A DNA stretch of 63,953 nucleotides, the filler included, from Chiloscyllium plagiosum (lineage: Eukaryota): NCBI RefSeq assembly GCF_004010195.1. It is 3 parts of one record of this genome, joined end to end, with 100 filler letters (N's around TTAATTAATTAA, not from the genome) between each part and the next. Parts side by side here need not be neighbours in the genome. Positions count along the whole stretch, not along the records: positions 1 to 19,262 come from NC_057713.1; 2 more parts are not named here. One strand, written 5' to 3'. The notes below the pieces were generated by a model. It ran no database searches. It was not told the origin of the DNA and was given only the letters and a program-made list of their open reading frames with translations. The first letter of the stretch is position 1; each line of letters opens with the position of its first letter. The translations under genes were made by a program, and so were the position numbers. This document shows, piece by piece, positions 1 through 12,400 of this stretch.

Positions 1-307
1 ACAGGGGGAGAGAGACAAATGAAATCCCTGTCTGAGAGAAGAGCAGTACTTCAGGGTAGGCATTCCTGGAAGAGAGGTGGCAGTGGGCTAAACACTGGAT
101 AAAAGCAAATTACTGCGGATGCTGGAATCTGAAACCAAAAGAGAAAATGCTGGAAAATCTCAGCAGGTCTGGCAGCTTTGACAAAGGGTCAGTTAGACTC
201 GAAACGTCAGCTCTTTTCTCTCCTTACAGATGCTGCCAGACCTGCTGAGATTTTCCAGCATTTTCTCTTTTGGTTTCAGATTCCAGCATCTGCAGTAATT
301 TGCTTTT
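1..307. mobile_element. Penelope-like element end with fold-back arms 101-176 / 232-307
   Basis: About 76-bp near-perfect inverted repeat of the PLE terminal sequence around a hammerhead core. Confidence 0.75.
174..212 (+). ncRNA. minimal type I hammerhead ribozyme motif, U3-A8 variant
   Basis: AGCT-TTGACAA-A-GGGTC-agtta-GACTC-GAAAC-GTC-AGCT. Confidence 0.6.
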
Positions 308-2284
308 TTTTACACACCGTTCACCTCACTGGCCTGAACTCTCTTTTCTCACTCTGTGCATGCTGCCAGACCCGAGTGTTTCCATCGCGTTTTAGAGCTA
401 GAGGGTACAATTTCAATCTAAGGGATTTCCCATTTAAAATAGAGATGAGAAAGACTTTCCTTCTGAGAGTATTTGAAATTCTTTTCCACAGAGAGCGGTG
501 AAGGCTATGTCATTGAATATGCTCAAGGCTGAGTTTTGATCATTTGGTGGGTCCGGTGTTAATGTGACAGGGAGAAAAATGGAGTTAACAACCTATTCAA
601 ATTGGCCTACTTTTCTTATTGCTTATGGACTTCAGTACAAAACCTATTGAAGAGATTCTTTTATGTGGTTAACACTATCATATAGCTGGTTCAAAATGCC
701 CTACATTTGTGCCAATGAAGAAACACAGTTAAAAATGTTAATTCTTCATGGGATTTTATTGTGTAGCACTGAGTTTATTCTGTATTGAAAGGTTTGTGTA
801 CATAAAGAATATAAGTTGATCTTAAGGGGCTTCACTGGAGTCAATGTAATCTCATAACTGCCTTATAGTAGGACGTTTTTAGTAGTGGGGTAGAGGAAAT
901 CATTCTTAACATTGCATTTTTTTGATGAATATTCATTACTTGGATTTTCGGTTTGAGTGCATGCTGAATTTGAAGATTGTATTCTTTTCTTTTATTAATA
1001 AAGTTTCATAGTTTCATTATTTTAAGTGACTTTGTATCTCATTAAATAATTATGTTATCAATCCTATTATGTTCACATGTTGAAATATCATTATATAAGT
1101 GGGCAATGCAATTTCAGGGTAGAGGAGGCATATTTTTTGGTGCATGATTGGCCACACCTCGGTTCCAAATGTTTCTCCTGGGCTGGGTGTGTGCAGAGAC
1201 AGATGAATTTCCAGGTATGTGAATCTGTCCTTTAAAATGGCTGCCACCTAATTTTCAGTGCAGGGGATTGGAAAATTGGCAAGTGACCCAGGAAGACCTG
1301 AGCAGGATGCCAGGTATGGAGCCAGATGGACAGAAAGCCTGCCTGCCTGTCTTGGGACTTGAGCCTGGTGTATAAAGTTTTAAATTAAAAATTAGATACT
1401 CACCTCACTTTGTACACTTGTCTAGTGACCCATACATGTTGATTTATATCCCCGTTTGCTCCCTCAGGCTTATTTAAGCATTCCATGTATCTCATCCATT
1501 ATCTTTGCCTTTTCACCGACCATGCCAACTCACCTAGTATGTATTCTGGGTAGACCTAAGGACCCATAAATAGGTCAGACAAAGTAAAAATAATTTAGAT
1601 ACTGTAAGGGTTATTTTGGATTTTATTATAGTGAAAAAAATGCTAATCATAAAAACCCATTTATTATATTTCAATTCCTTCACTTCAATGAAGTCTTAGA
1701 AAAGTCAACATTTTCTTTCATGTGCATTAAGCACTGGAATTGATAACCTCTCATCAAGGATTCAAATAGCCTTGTAGTTGTGAAATGGACAGTGTCCACC
1801 ATGATAACTTTTATGACTTTTGCCAAGTGATCAGGTCATAGAAGCATAACCCTCAGTTCCTCTTCTTTGATAGCAATTCTTGACTAGCATCTTAACGCTT
1901 CAGATTTTCCAATAGATTACGAACAGTGGGTCTCTCGAGAGGCTTTTTTTAAAACCACTTTACAGGATATCACTATTAGGTTACTGAGTAGTTCAAGCTG
2001 AAATTTTATACCAAGATGTAATTAACGTTTTTGGAGGAAAACTAATCTTAAATCAGGTTCTGAACAATGAGCCTTATATTTGGGCTAGACTGACAGATGA
2101 TGTTTCATGGTGTATCAAAAGTTGGAAAGGTTCCTTTGATAGAACGGTTTCTGCTAGTTTTGCACACTTGCGAAATCTTCAAGATTATACAGTACTTATT
2201 TAAAATAAAAATCCAATCTTTTAATGTTTATCATTGTATTGATTTACTGATTATAACTTAAGATATCTTTTTTGAAGAAGACTC

Positions 2285-2725
2285 AGTCATACAGCATGGA
2301 AATAGACCCTTTGATCCAACAAGTCTGTGCTGAATGTTATCCCAAACTAAGCTAGTCCCACCTTCCTGCTCCTGGTACTGATCCCTCCAAACCTTTCCTA
2401 TTCATGTACTTATCTAAATGTCTTTTAAGCATTGTAATTGTTCCCACATCCACCACTTCCTTAGAAAATTCATTTCACACGCAAATCACCCTCTTTTTAA
2501 AAAAAAAATTGCCCCTCATGACTTTTTCAAATCTTTCTCTTCTTACCTTTAAAATGTGTCCCCTAGTTTGATATCGCACATCCTCGGGAAAAGACACCTA
2601 CCATTAACCCTATCAATACTGCTCATGATTTTATAAACGTCTATAAGGTCTCCTCTCAACCTCGTAGTGAAAAAAGTCCCAACCTATCTAGCCTTTCTTT
2701 ATAACTTAAACCTTCCATACCCAGC
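2285..2725 (-). mobile_element. CR1/HER1-type LINE 3' fragment
   Basis: Reverse complement resembles the other CR1 3' ends in the window, e.g. 24600-25058. Confidence 0.8.
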
Positions 2726-3010
2726 TTGAGTCTCAGCTCTAAACCATTATTTGAATCCGAACAGTGAAGGATCAAGACAATGCTGGGTTTGCCAAGAAAT
2801 CTTTAAAATGTTTTCTTGTACCACATTGAGATGTATGGCACAGATGTCTTCTGCCAATTCTTATCTCAGAATTGCAGACCTCTATCCCAAGAGGTTTAAT
2901 GACTGTACCATGACAGATATATAGCAGATTGTCAGCCTATCCTCTTCTGCTGGCACACACTTTACCCTCATTTTAATGGTTATATTCGTAATCCATATAC
3001 ACAATCCTTG

Positions 3011-3510
3011 NNNNNNNNNNNNNNNNNNNNNNNNNNNNNNNNNNNNNNNNNNNNNNNNNNNNNNNNNNNNNNNNNNNNNNNNNNNNNNNNNNNNNNNNNN
3101 NNNNNNNNNNNNNNNNNNNNNNNNNNNNNNNNNNNNNNNNNNNNNNNNNNNNNNNNNNNNNNNNNNNNNNNNNNNNNNNNNNNNNNNNNNNNNNNNNNNN
3201 NNNNNNNNNNNNNNNNNNNNNNNNNNNNNNNNNNNNNNNNNNNNNNNNNNNNNNNNNNNNNNNNNNNNNNNNNNNNNNNNNNNNNNNNNNNNNNNNNNNN
3301 NNNNNNNNNNNNNNNNNNNNNNNNNNNNNNNNNNNNNNNNNNNNNNNNNNNNNNNNNNNNNNNNNNNNNNNNNNNNNNNNNNNNNNNNNNNNNNNNNNNN
3401 NNNNNNNNNNNNNNNNNNNNNNNNNNNNNNNNNNNNNNNNNNNNNNNNNNNNNNNNNNNNNNNNNNNNNNNNNNNNNNNNNNNNNNNNNNNNNNNNNNNN
3501 NNNNNNNNNN
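3011..3510. other. assembly gap (500 N)
   Basis: Run of N. Confidence 1.
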
Positions 3511-5164
3511 TATTAATCCAGCTTGGCACAGCAGCTCAGAAGAAGAGGGATTTTATGGCGCAAAGACTAAGATTTTGGGGTGCACTTTGACATAGTCTCT
3601 AATTGTAATTTATTTGAAAGACCTGATTTTGAGAGAGCCGAAGTTCAAAGGTCATTATTAGTTACTGGGCCTATTCCAGCCAGAAATAAGTTTTCACAGG
3701 GTTCACAAATTTATTAAGTTTATCAGAACATAAAATAAATAATACTCAAATGTGATTTTTTTTTAAGAGGCCACGCACTTAAGAATATCAGTTCATCACA
3801 CTAGGTGGCTGGATACAGGTCACTTGTGTTCTGTTTATTGAAGATCATCTTCTGACTGCAATCTTCCTTTTAGTGTTTTGAATCACTTAAAACCCAGACC
3901 TTACTTACCATTACGTCTTCTGAATGAACAAAGGCATTTTGAATTGTAATTGGCTTATTAGTGCATGAGTAATTCACAATCAATTTTGTTTGTTTGAACA
4001 ATGTATGCCCAGTTTCTGATTGCTTTTGTTTTAAAGTAATGGTCATCATAATGCTAGCACTTCACATTGTCTCCTGATTCATCCTTGCACATGCCAATAA
4101 AAGATTATTCCCTTTATGAAAGCTTGTCTCTCATAGTTTATCCATTTCATACATCTTCACCAAAATAAGGTGGCACTATGAGATGCACCAATTGCTTACT
4201 AGTCATATAGCATAGCAACAGGCCCTTTGGCCCACTGTGTCTATGCTGACCAACAAACACCAAACTAATCCAATTACCTGCACTTGATTTTTAGTTTTCT
4301 GTGCTCTGGCATTTTAAGTACTCACCAGGTGTTTTTTTTTTAATGTTGTAAGAGTGCCTGCTTTACCACTTTCTCAGGCTGCATGTTTCATACATCGATA
4401 ATCCTCTGGAATTTTATTTTTTAAATCTCCGATCTCCTCTAAACCACTTGCTCGTCACTTTAAAGTTGTGCCCTGTGTCCTTAGATACATCCGCTGGGAA
4501 GAAGAGATTATCACGACTTAATTTGTTTATGCCTCTCCTACTTTTGTATAACTGCATCAGATTTCCCTCCATCAGCCTCCTCTGCTCCAAGGAAACCAAA
4601 TCCAGCCTATCCAATCTTTCCTCATAACTGAGACGTTTCACCCCAGGCAACATCGTGGTGAATCTCCTGTACACACGCTCCAGTGCAGTAGGAGTCCTAG
4701 TAGACCAGAACTGCACACAGTATTCCATATGTGGCCTAATAAATGTTTGAAGTTGTAACGAAACTTCCTTGCTACTATATTCTATACCCTGGCTAATGAA
4801 GGCAAGCATCCCATATGCCTGCTTCACTATGCTGTCTATCTGTGCTAACATCTTGAGGGATCTATGGGCTTGTAGACCAAGATCCCTTTGTTCCTCCGTA
4901 TTCCCTATACTATTCATTGTGTATATCCTCTTATTAGACCTCCCAAAATGCATCAGCTCACGATTATTGGGATTAAATTCCATCTGTCATCGCTCTGCCC
5001 AATTTTCCAGCTGATCAGTATCAGGCTGTAGCTTGGGAACCACCCTCCTCACTATCAATTATGCGATCAATTTTCACATCATCTGCAAATTTACTATTTC
5101 AATCTTATATATTCACATCTAGGTCGTTAATGTGCATTACAAATAAAGGTCCCAGAACAACGGG

Positions 5165-5452
5165 GGGTGGCACAGTGGCTAGCACTGCTATCTCACAGCA
5201 CCAGGATCAGGAGACTATCTGTGTGGAGTTTGCACATTCTCCCTGTGTTTTGCGTGGGTTTCCTCTGGGTGCTCTGATTTCCTCCCACAGTCCAAAGGTG
5301 TGCTGGTCAGGTGAACTGGCCATGTTAAATTGCCCATAGTATTAGGTGCATTAGTCAGAGGGAAATGGGGCTGGGTGGGTTCTCTTCAGGTCGGTGTGGA
5401 CAGGTTGGGTGAATGACCTGTTTGGACACTGTCGGGAATCTAATCTAATCTA
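5165..5452 (+). mobile_element. HE1-type (V-SINE) tRNA-derived SINE
   Basis: ggtggcacagtggctagcactgc head, tgtgtggagtttgcacattctcc core, (TCTAA)n tail. Confidence 0.88.
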
Positions 5453-6368
5453 AAAAATCCCTATGTTACACCACTGGTCAGGCTTCCAAATGCAAAAACA
5501 ATCCTCCAGCATCACCCTTTGACTCCCGTTTGTAAGCCAATTTTGGATCCAGTTTACCAACTTGTCTTGGATCCCATGAACGCTTATCTTTTGGACCAGC
5601 CTTTCATGTAGGACCTTGTCGATGGCCTTACTGAAGTCCATGAAATCCACATCAACTGCACTACTCTGAACAATATATTTGGGCAACTTTTCAAAAAGCT
5701 GTTAAATTATATGGGCAGGATCTTTGTCTAACAAATCCATGCTGACTATTCCTGGTCAATCCCTGCCTTTCCAAGTATTCATTAATCCTGACCTTACGAA
5801 TTTTTTTCCAATTATTTCCCTTCCACTGACATCAGACTAACTGGATTTACCTGGCCTATCCTTGCTGCCTATCTTGAACAAAGGAAGCACATGAAGTGCC
5901 AATGACTGATGGAAATCTAAGTGTGGTCAGCAAAATATTAAATGATAAATTTATATGCTAAATATTAAATCTCCTCTGTGAATACAGATGAGAAATATTC
6001 ATTTAAGACTTCACCTACATCTACTGGCGCCACACATGGATTGCCCCTTTGGCATCAATCACTTCTTTCCTTGGCAATCCTCTTAATCTTCATATACTTA
6101 TAAAAAGCCTTAGTGTTTTCCTTGATCCCATCTGTCAAAGGTATTTCGTTACCCTTCTTTGCCCACCTAATTTCCTTTGTAAGGACCTCCTGTGTTTTCA
6201 ATGCAGTGTTCCTGACATATGCTTCCTTTTCTTTCTTTATCAAACTCTAAATATCCTTAGATTTGCTGTCTTTGCCCTTCATGCTGGCCCTGAATTCTCA
6301 CTAGTACTTTTAACAAACTCCCACATTCCAAATGTAGACGTGCCCGCAAGTAGCTGCTCCCAGTCTAT

Positions 6369-8501
6369 TGTGATATTATAAACTTCAGAACTTTAGTAAC
6401 TGATCATGGATAGAAAGAATCAACAAAGATCGACTGTTACACATGAAGAGACCAGCAATAACTCTGTCTGGAATAGAGTTGTTACATAGGGGATTGAAAG
6501 CTGTTAGCCATACATGGGAAAAGGAGGAGTTGAGGCTACCCAAACAGGTTGTTTTGATACCTGCTTGATAACTGGCTGCCTTATGTCACAAGGACAAATG
6601 ACTGCCCTGCTGAAGAACTTATGGAATTATTTGCAAGACAGGCTAAGACAGGCAAAAGTGAGGACTGCAGATGCTGGAGTTTAGAGTCAAGAGTGTAGTG
6701 CCTGAAAAGCACAGCATGTCAGGCAGCATCCGAAGAGCAGGAAAATTGATGCTTTGGGCAAAAGCCCTTCATCAGGAATGAGGCTGGGAGCCTCGGGGAT
6801 GAAGAGGTAAATGGGAGGGGTGCGTGGTGCTGGGGGAGAGGTAGCTGAGCGTGAAATAGATGGATGGAGTTGGGGGTAATGGTGATAGGTCGGAGGGGAG
6901 GTCGGAGAGGATAGGTGGGGGGAAAGAAAGATTGACAAGTGGAACCGGTCATGAGGATGCAGCTGAGCTAGAATGTTGGAACTGGGGTAAGGTGGGGAGA
7001 AGGTAAATGAGGAAACTGGTGAAATCCACATTGATGCCATGGGGTTGGAGGGTCCCGAGGCGGAAGATGAGGCGTTCTTCCTCCAGGTGTCGGGTGGTGA
7101 GGGAGTGGCGATGGAGGAGGCCCAGGACCTGCATGTCCTCAGCGGAGCGGGAGGGGGAGTTAAAGTGTTCAGCCACGGGGCGGTGGGGTTGGTTGGTGTC
7201 CCAGAGACATTCTCTGAAGCGCTCTGCGAGTAGACATCCTGTCTTCCCAATGTAGAGAAGACTGCATCAAGAGCAACAGATACAGTAAATGATATTTGTG
7301 GAAATGCAGTTGAAACTTTGATGGATGTGGAAGACTCTTTTGGAGCTTTGGATGGAGGTGAGGGGGGAGGTGTGGGCGCAGGTTTTGCAATTCCTGCGGT
7401 GGCAGGGGAAGTTGCTGGGAGGGGAGGGTGGGTTGGTGGGGGATGTGGACCTGGTGAGGTAGTCGCAGAGGGAATGATCTTTATGGAAAGCAGATAGGGG
7501 TGTGCAGGGAAATATATCTCCAGTGGTGGGGTCGGTTTGTAGATGGCGGAAATGGCGGAGGATGATGCAATGTATATGGATGGTGGTGGGGTGGAAGGTG
7601 AGGACCAGGGCTGTTCTGTCCTTGTTGTGGTTGGAGGGGGTGAGGTTTGATGGCGGAGGTGCGGGAAGTGGATGAGATGTGCTGGAGGGCATCATCAACC
7701 ACGTGGGAGGGGAAATTGCGGTCATTAAAGAAGGAGGCCATCTGGTGTGTTCTGTGGTGGAACTGGTTCTCCTGGGAGCAGATGCAGCGGGGGCGGAGGA
7801 ATTGGGAATAAGGGATAGCATTTTTACAGGAGACAGGGTGGAGGAGGTGTAAACTAGGTAACTGTGGGTTTGTAGAAAATGTCAGTGTTGAGTCAGTCAC
7901 CGTTGATGGAGATAGAGAGGTCCAGGAAGGGGAGGGAGATGTCTGAGATAGTCCAGGTGAATTTAAGGTCGGGGTGGAATGTGTTGGTGAAGTTAATGAA
8001 CTGTTCAACCTCCTCGTGGGAGTGTTGGTGAATTTAATGAACTGTTCAACCTCCTCGTGGGAGGTCAAACAGACAGTTAAGGCCAAATGTAATAAGGAAC
8101 AGAGGAGTTACATTTAATAAGGAAGCAAATCGCAGGCTCAAGGACTCCAGAAGAGTAATCAATGTTTTGGATGACAGAATCTAAAAGATCATCAATAATG
8201 TCACACAATAGGCCTGAAGGACAAGAAACTGTATAAGATCTCAACACAGAACTCTTCAGCAGTAGAACTTTGAAGGACAACACTGAACAAGGAACAAACC
8301 TTGGATATCAGAGACAGACACTGTTGGTTGGAATCATAGCTAAATTCTACAGTTAATTGGATAATAGCTAAGTTGAGTTGTGAAGCTGAACTTGCTTATT
8401 TGAGGGGTCTTATTTTGCAGTAAAGTTTAAATCATTGTTTCAGCACTTGGTTGTCTGTGAATAGCTGAATTAAATATAGCTTGTGGTGATTTATCCACAC
8501 A
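6369..8501. mobile_element. solo LTR (about 0.7 kb net) with a PLE inserted inside
   Basis: TG...CA termini flanked by a 4-bp TSD CTAT (6365-6368, 8502-8505); splits the CR1 cleanly. Confidence 0.7.
6652..8063 (-). mobile_element. Penelope-like element (Neptune-type), 5'-truncated: RT thumb, Cys linker, GIY-YIG
   Basis: KNAIPYSQFLR, FPCHRRNCKTCAH, NIIYCICC, HFNSPSRS...EEERLIFRLGTLQPHGIN; degenerate hammerhead at 6745-6778; 41-bp tandem duplication 7982-8063. Confidence 0.92.
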
Positions 8502-9069
8502 CTATGTTTGCCAGATCCTGTCTAATGCTATTGAAATCTGCCTTCCTTCAATATAGATACTTAACTTCTGCACTATTCTTATCCCTTTCCATAATGACCT
8601 GGAAACTTAGAGTTTAGAGGATGTAGTGTCACATCCTAGAAGTTCACTAAGATCACAGATGTCTCCAATAATACATCTCAAAAGAACTTAACTACAACTA
8701 TACTCATTACAGAACCTAATTCCAACATTGTGCATATATGCACACATGCATATAGACTTTTTTCACAAAACTGTGTTTTAAAACATAGCCATGCCTTTGA
8801 TTAAAAGCCTTTTATCTCAAAGCATACTCTCATGTGTGTTAGCCTATGTTTACATTAGCTGAGAGAGCTCTTGTTGTACAGTGTAGTGTCCCCAGAAGAC
8901 CTAGGTTCAAATCCATCTGCTCCACAGAAACGTCATACATTCATTAGCAAGTCGATATTAAAAACAATCTGCTTTAGTCTGAGCCATAACGTGGCACCAA
9001 AATCACAAACCTTAATTTTGACCTGAGATGTATGACTTTCTTCCATACAAAAAAAAGCCTCTAGAGTAT

Positions 9070-9688
9070 TACAATAAGGAAACAGACCCTTTGGTCCAAC
9101 TCATCTGCACTGACCAGATATCCCAATCTGACCTAGTCCCATTTGCCATCCCTCTTAAACCCTCCCTATTCATATATCCATGGAGATGCCTTTTAAATAT
9201 TGTAACTGTACCAGCCTCCATCACATCTGGCAGCTTGTTCCATACTTGCATCATCCTCAGCATGAAAAACGTACTCCTCAGGTCCTTTTCAAATTTTTCC
9301 CCTCTCATCTTAAACTTATGTCCTCTAGTTTTGGACTCACCCACTCTAGAAAAAAGACCTTGGCTATTCATGCTTCTCATGATCTCCAAAAGGTCACCCC
9401 TCCGCTGTCAAAGCTCCAGGGTAAAAAGCCCCAACCTATTCCGCCTCTCCCTATAACTCAAACCCGCCAGTTCTGGCAACATCTTTGTAAATCTTTTCTG
9501 CACCCTCTCAGTTTTAACAACATCCTTCCTATAGAAGGCCGATCAAAATTGTACACAGTCTTCTATCAGTGACCTCACCAATGTCCTGGACAGCTGCAAC
9601 ATGACATCCCAAGTCCTATATTCAGTGTTCTGACTAATGAAGGCAAGTGTGCCAAACGCCTTCTTCACCACCCTGTCTACCTGCATCT
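9070..9688 (-). mobile_element. CR1 LINE 3' fragment
   Basis: ESKTRGHKFKMRG...WNKLP; VVKKAFGTLAFI. Confidence 0.88.
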
Positions 9689-9713
9689 TCTTACAGAACA
9701 AACTTATGCAACA

Positions 9714-10050
9714 AGTGGCATGGTAGCTCAGTGCCTCACAGTGCCAGGGACCCAGGTTTGATTCCACTCAGATGACAGTCTGTATCAAGTTTGCACATTC
9801 TCCCCATGTCTGTGTGGGTTTCCTCCAGTTGCTCTAATTTCCTCTCACAGTCCAAAGATGTGCAGGTTAGGTGGATTGACAATTCTAAATTGTCCTGAAG
9901 TGTACAGGTATGTGTAGGTTAGGAGGATTAGCCATGGGGGTAAGGGGTTACAGGGATATGGTCAGGATGGGACTGGGTGAGATGCTCTTTGATGGATTTT
10001 GCAGACTTGATAAACCAAATGGGGTCTTTTTGCAATGTAGGTATTCTATT
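9714..10050 (+). mobile_element. HE1-type SINE
   Basis: Same head and core as the other copies. Confidence 0.85.
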
Positions 10051-10521
10051 ATCCTAATCATAATTAAGTAGTATATAATTTAATTCCTCACTTTATTGAT
10101 CAAGTGAAATTTATTAATTTTTTAAAAACTTTATCCTAAGAGAGAAGCTGCTGATTTAGGGAGGGAATGTCAGATTTTAGATTGAGGCAATTGGAAACAC
10201 CACCAACAATCATTGAATGTTTAAAATCAAGGATATTAGAGATGCCAGAATTGAAATAATTGTAGAGCTGGATAATGTTACAGAGGCAATAAGGAAGAAA
10301 TCTATGGAGCAATTTGAAAAGAAAGAAAGTTTTAGAATTGAAGTGTTGCCATAGGACTCAACATAAGTTAGCAAGCTTAGGGATGATGGATGATCATGGC
10401 TTAGTGTGAGTTAAAGTCTCGTCAGAAGAGTTTTGGCAAGTAGAATATGGGTGACCAACCACTAGTGTTTTAGAATTGATGGGTTATAGATCACAAAGTC
10501 AAGGTAAAGGTCCCAATTGCA

Positions 10522-12400
10522 ATTGAGTTCAACAATTTTTGGCTTGAGCATCTTGACCTCTTCTTAGCTAAAATCTGTTCTGAAGAAGGGTCACTGAACC
10601 TGAAACATCAACTTGATTTCTTTCCACAGATGCTGCCGTACCTGCTGAATTTTCTCCTCTGCTTCAGCAGAGGAGAATCAGACATGGGAGTACTGTAGTC
10701 AGTCTTGGTGTTTGACAGATATGATGTCAGAATCCCATCTTGTGGTCAACAGTGTGCAATTGAGCCTCAGAGAGGGATGAAATTATTTACAAACAGAAGA
10801 TACTGCTGTAAAAATTCAGCAGGTACGGCAGCATCTGTGGAAAGAAATCAAGTTGATGTTTCAGGTTCAGTGACCCTTCTTCAGAACAGATTTTAGCTAA
10901 GAAGAGGTTGGTATTTATACAGAAGGGTGGGGGGAAGGAGAGGGGTGACTAAACAATAATTGGAGATAGAGAGAGAAAAACAGGTAAAGGAGTGGGTAAA
11001 GATCAGTCTGGGAGATGAATAACTGTTAATGGGGACTATTAGTTGACAATAGATTGTGTGGTAACAGCCCATGTGATGACAAGACCTGGTGTGTGGGGAT
11101 TGGGGTGAGGACATGGGAAAAGATGCTCAAGCCAAAAAATGTTGAACTCAATACTGAGTCCAAACGTTTGCAGAGCTTCAAAATGGAAAATGAGGCACTG
11201 TTCTGGCTTGCACTGAGCTTCACTGGAGCACTGCAACAAGCCTGAAACAAAGATATTGGCCACAGACTTGGTGATGTTTCAAAGTGGCAGGTAACTGGAA
11301 GCTCAGTGTTATTTTGCAGACAGAACATAGGTGTTCTGGAAAGTAGTTTTCCTAATGTGGAGGAGACCACATTGTGAGCAGCAAATGCAGAAAACTAGAT
11401 TGAGTGAAGTGCAGGTAAAGTGCTGCTTCATCTGGAAGATATGTTTGTGCCTTTGGACGTTGAGGAGGAAGGCAGTAAACGGGTAGGTGTTACACCTTCT
11501 GCGATTGTAGAGTTGTGTTGGGAGTGAAGGAGGAGTGGACCATGGTGTCCTGGAAGGAACAGTCTCTGCAGAAGACTGACAAGGGAGGGAAGGGGAATAT
11601 GTGTCTGGTGGTGGCAACCTATTGGTGGTGGTGGAAGTGGTGGCTATTGATCCTTTGGATGTGGATGCTGGTGGGATGGTCAGGGAGGGCAAGGGGGACT
11701 CTTTTACTGTTGTGAGAGGGAAGACAGGGGGTAAGAGCCGAAGTGTGGGAGATGGGTCGGACATGACCAAGGGCTATGTCAATCATGGTGCTGGGGAATC
11801 CTTGGTTGTGGAAGATGGACATTTTGGACCACCCGTTATAGCAGTGGGAAGAGACTCTTAAGTGGCCATATATAAGGGCCTTTTGAAGTTGGCAACTTCA
11901 GAACAGATGCAACAGAGGCGGAGGAACCAGGTCAATGGAATAGATTCTTTACAGGAAGCTGTGTGTGAGGATGTATAGTCAAGGTAACTGTGGAAGTTGA
12001 TGGGTTTGTAATACATATTGGTGGCCAGCCAATCCTCAGAAATGGAAACAGAAATGTCGAAGAAGGGAAGGGTGGATTCAGAGATGAATCAGCAAGGGTG
12101 AGAGGTGGGGGTGGAAGGGATGTGGAAATGTTTGGAAATTAAAAGCAAAATAGATAAACATTTCTAATTTCGGATAAGAGAGGGAAGCAAATGTACTGGA
12201 GAAACAATTGTGGATGGGGACCCAAGTGATGCTGGAACAAGGAATGTTTCATGTAACCCATAAAGAGATAGACATAACTGGGGCCCAAATGGGTACCTAC
12301 GGCCACATCTTTGACCTGAAGAAAATGAGGTGTTGAAAGAGAAGTTGTTCAGAGTGTGGACAAGCTTATTCCGGTAAAGGAGAGTGGTGGTGGATGGGGT
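10522..12400 (-). mobile_element. Penelope-like element (10810-12400) with an inverted, internally deleted terminal copy (10522-10652)
   Basis: FHNQGFPSTMIDIAL, HFTCTSLNLVFCICCSQCGLLHI, GPQLCLSLYG; 10556-10652 is the reverse complement of about 10812-10908. Confidence 0.87.

Larger units (their letters stand above)
4200..8605 (-). mobile_element. degenerate CR1 LINE ORF2/RT, interrupted by a SINE, a solo LTR and a PLE
   Basis: ORF fragments MEFNP...RPHMEYCVQFWS...LERVYRRFT, VDVDFMDFSKAIDKVLHERL and IKENTKAFYKY; the LINE resumes after 8505. Confidence 0.85.

Noticed and set aside
2882..3595. Long ORFs spanning the 500-N gap
   Set aside because: Artefacts of translating N.
3895..3935. Possible 11-nt minus-strand microexon (ttcattcag|AAGACGTAATG|gtaagt)
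   Set aside because: No partner exons identified; cannot be told from chance.
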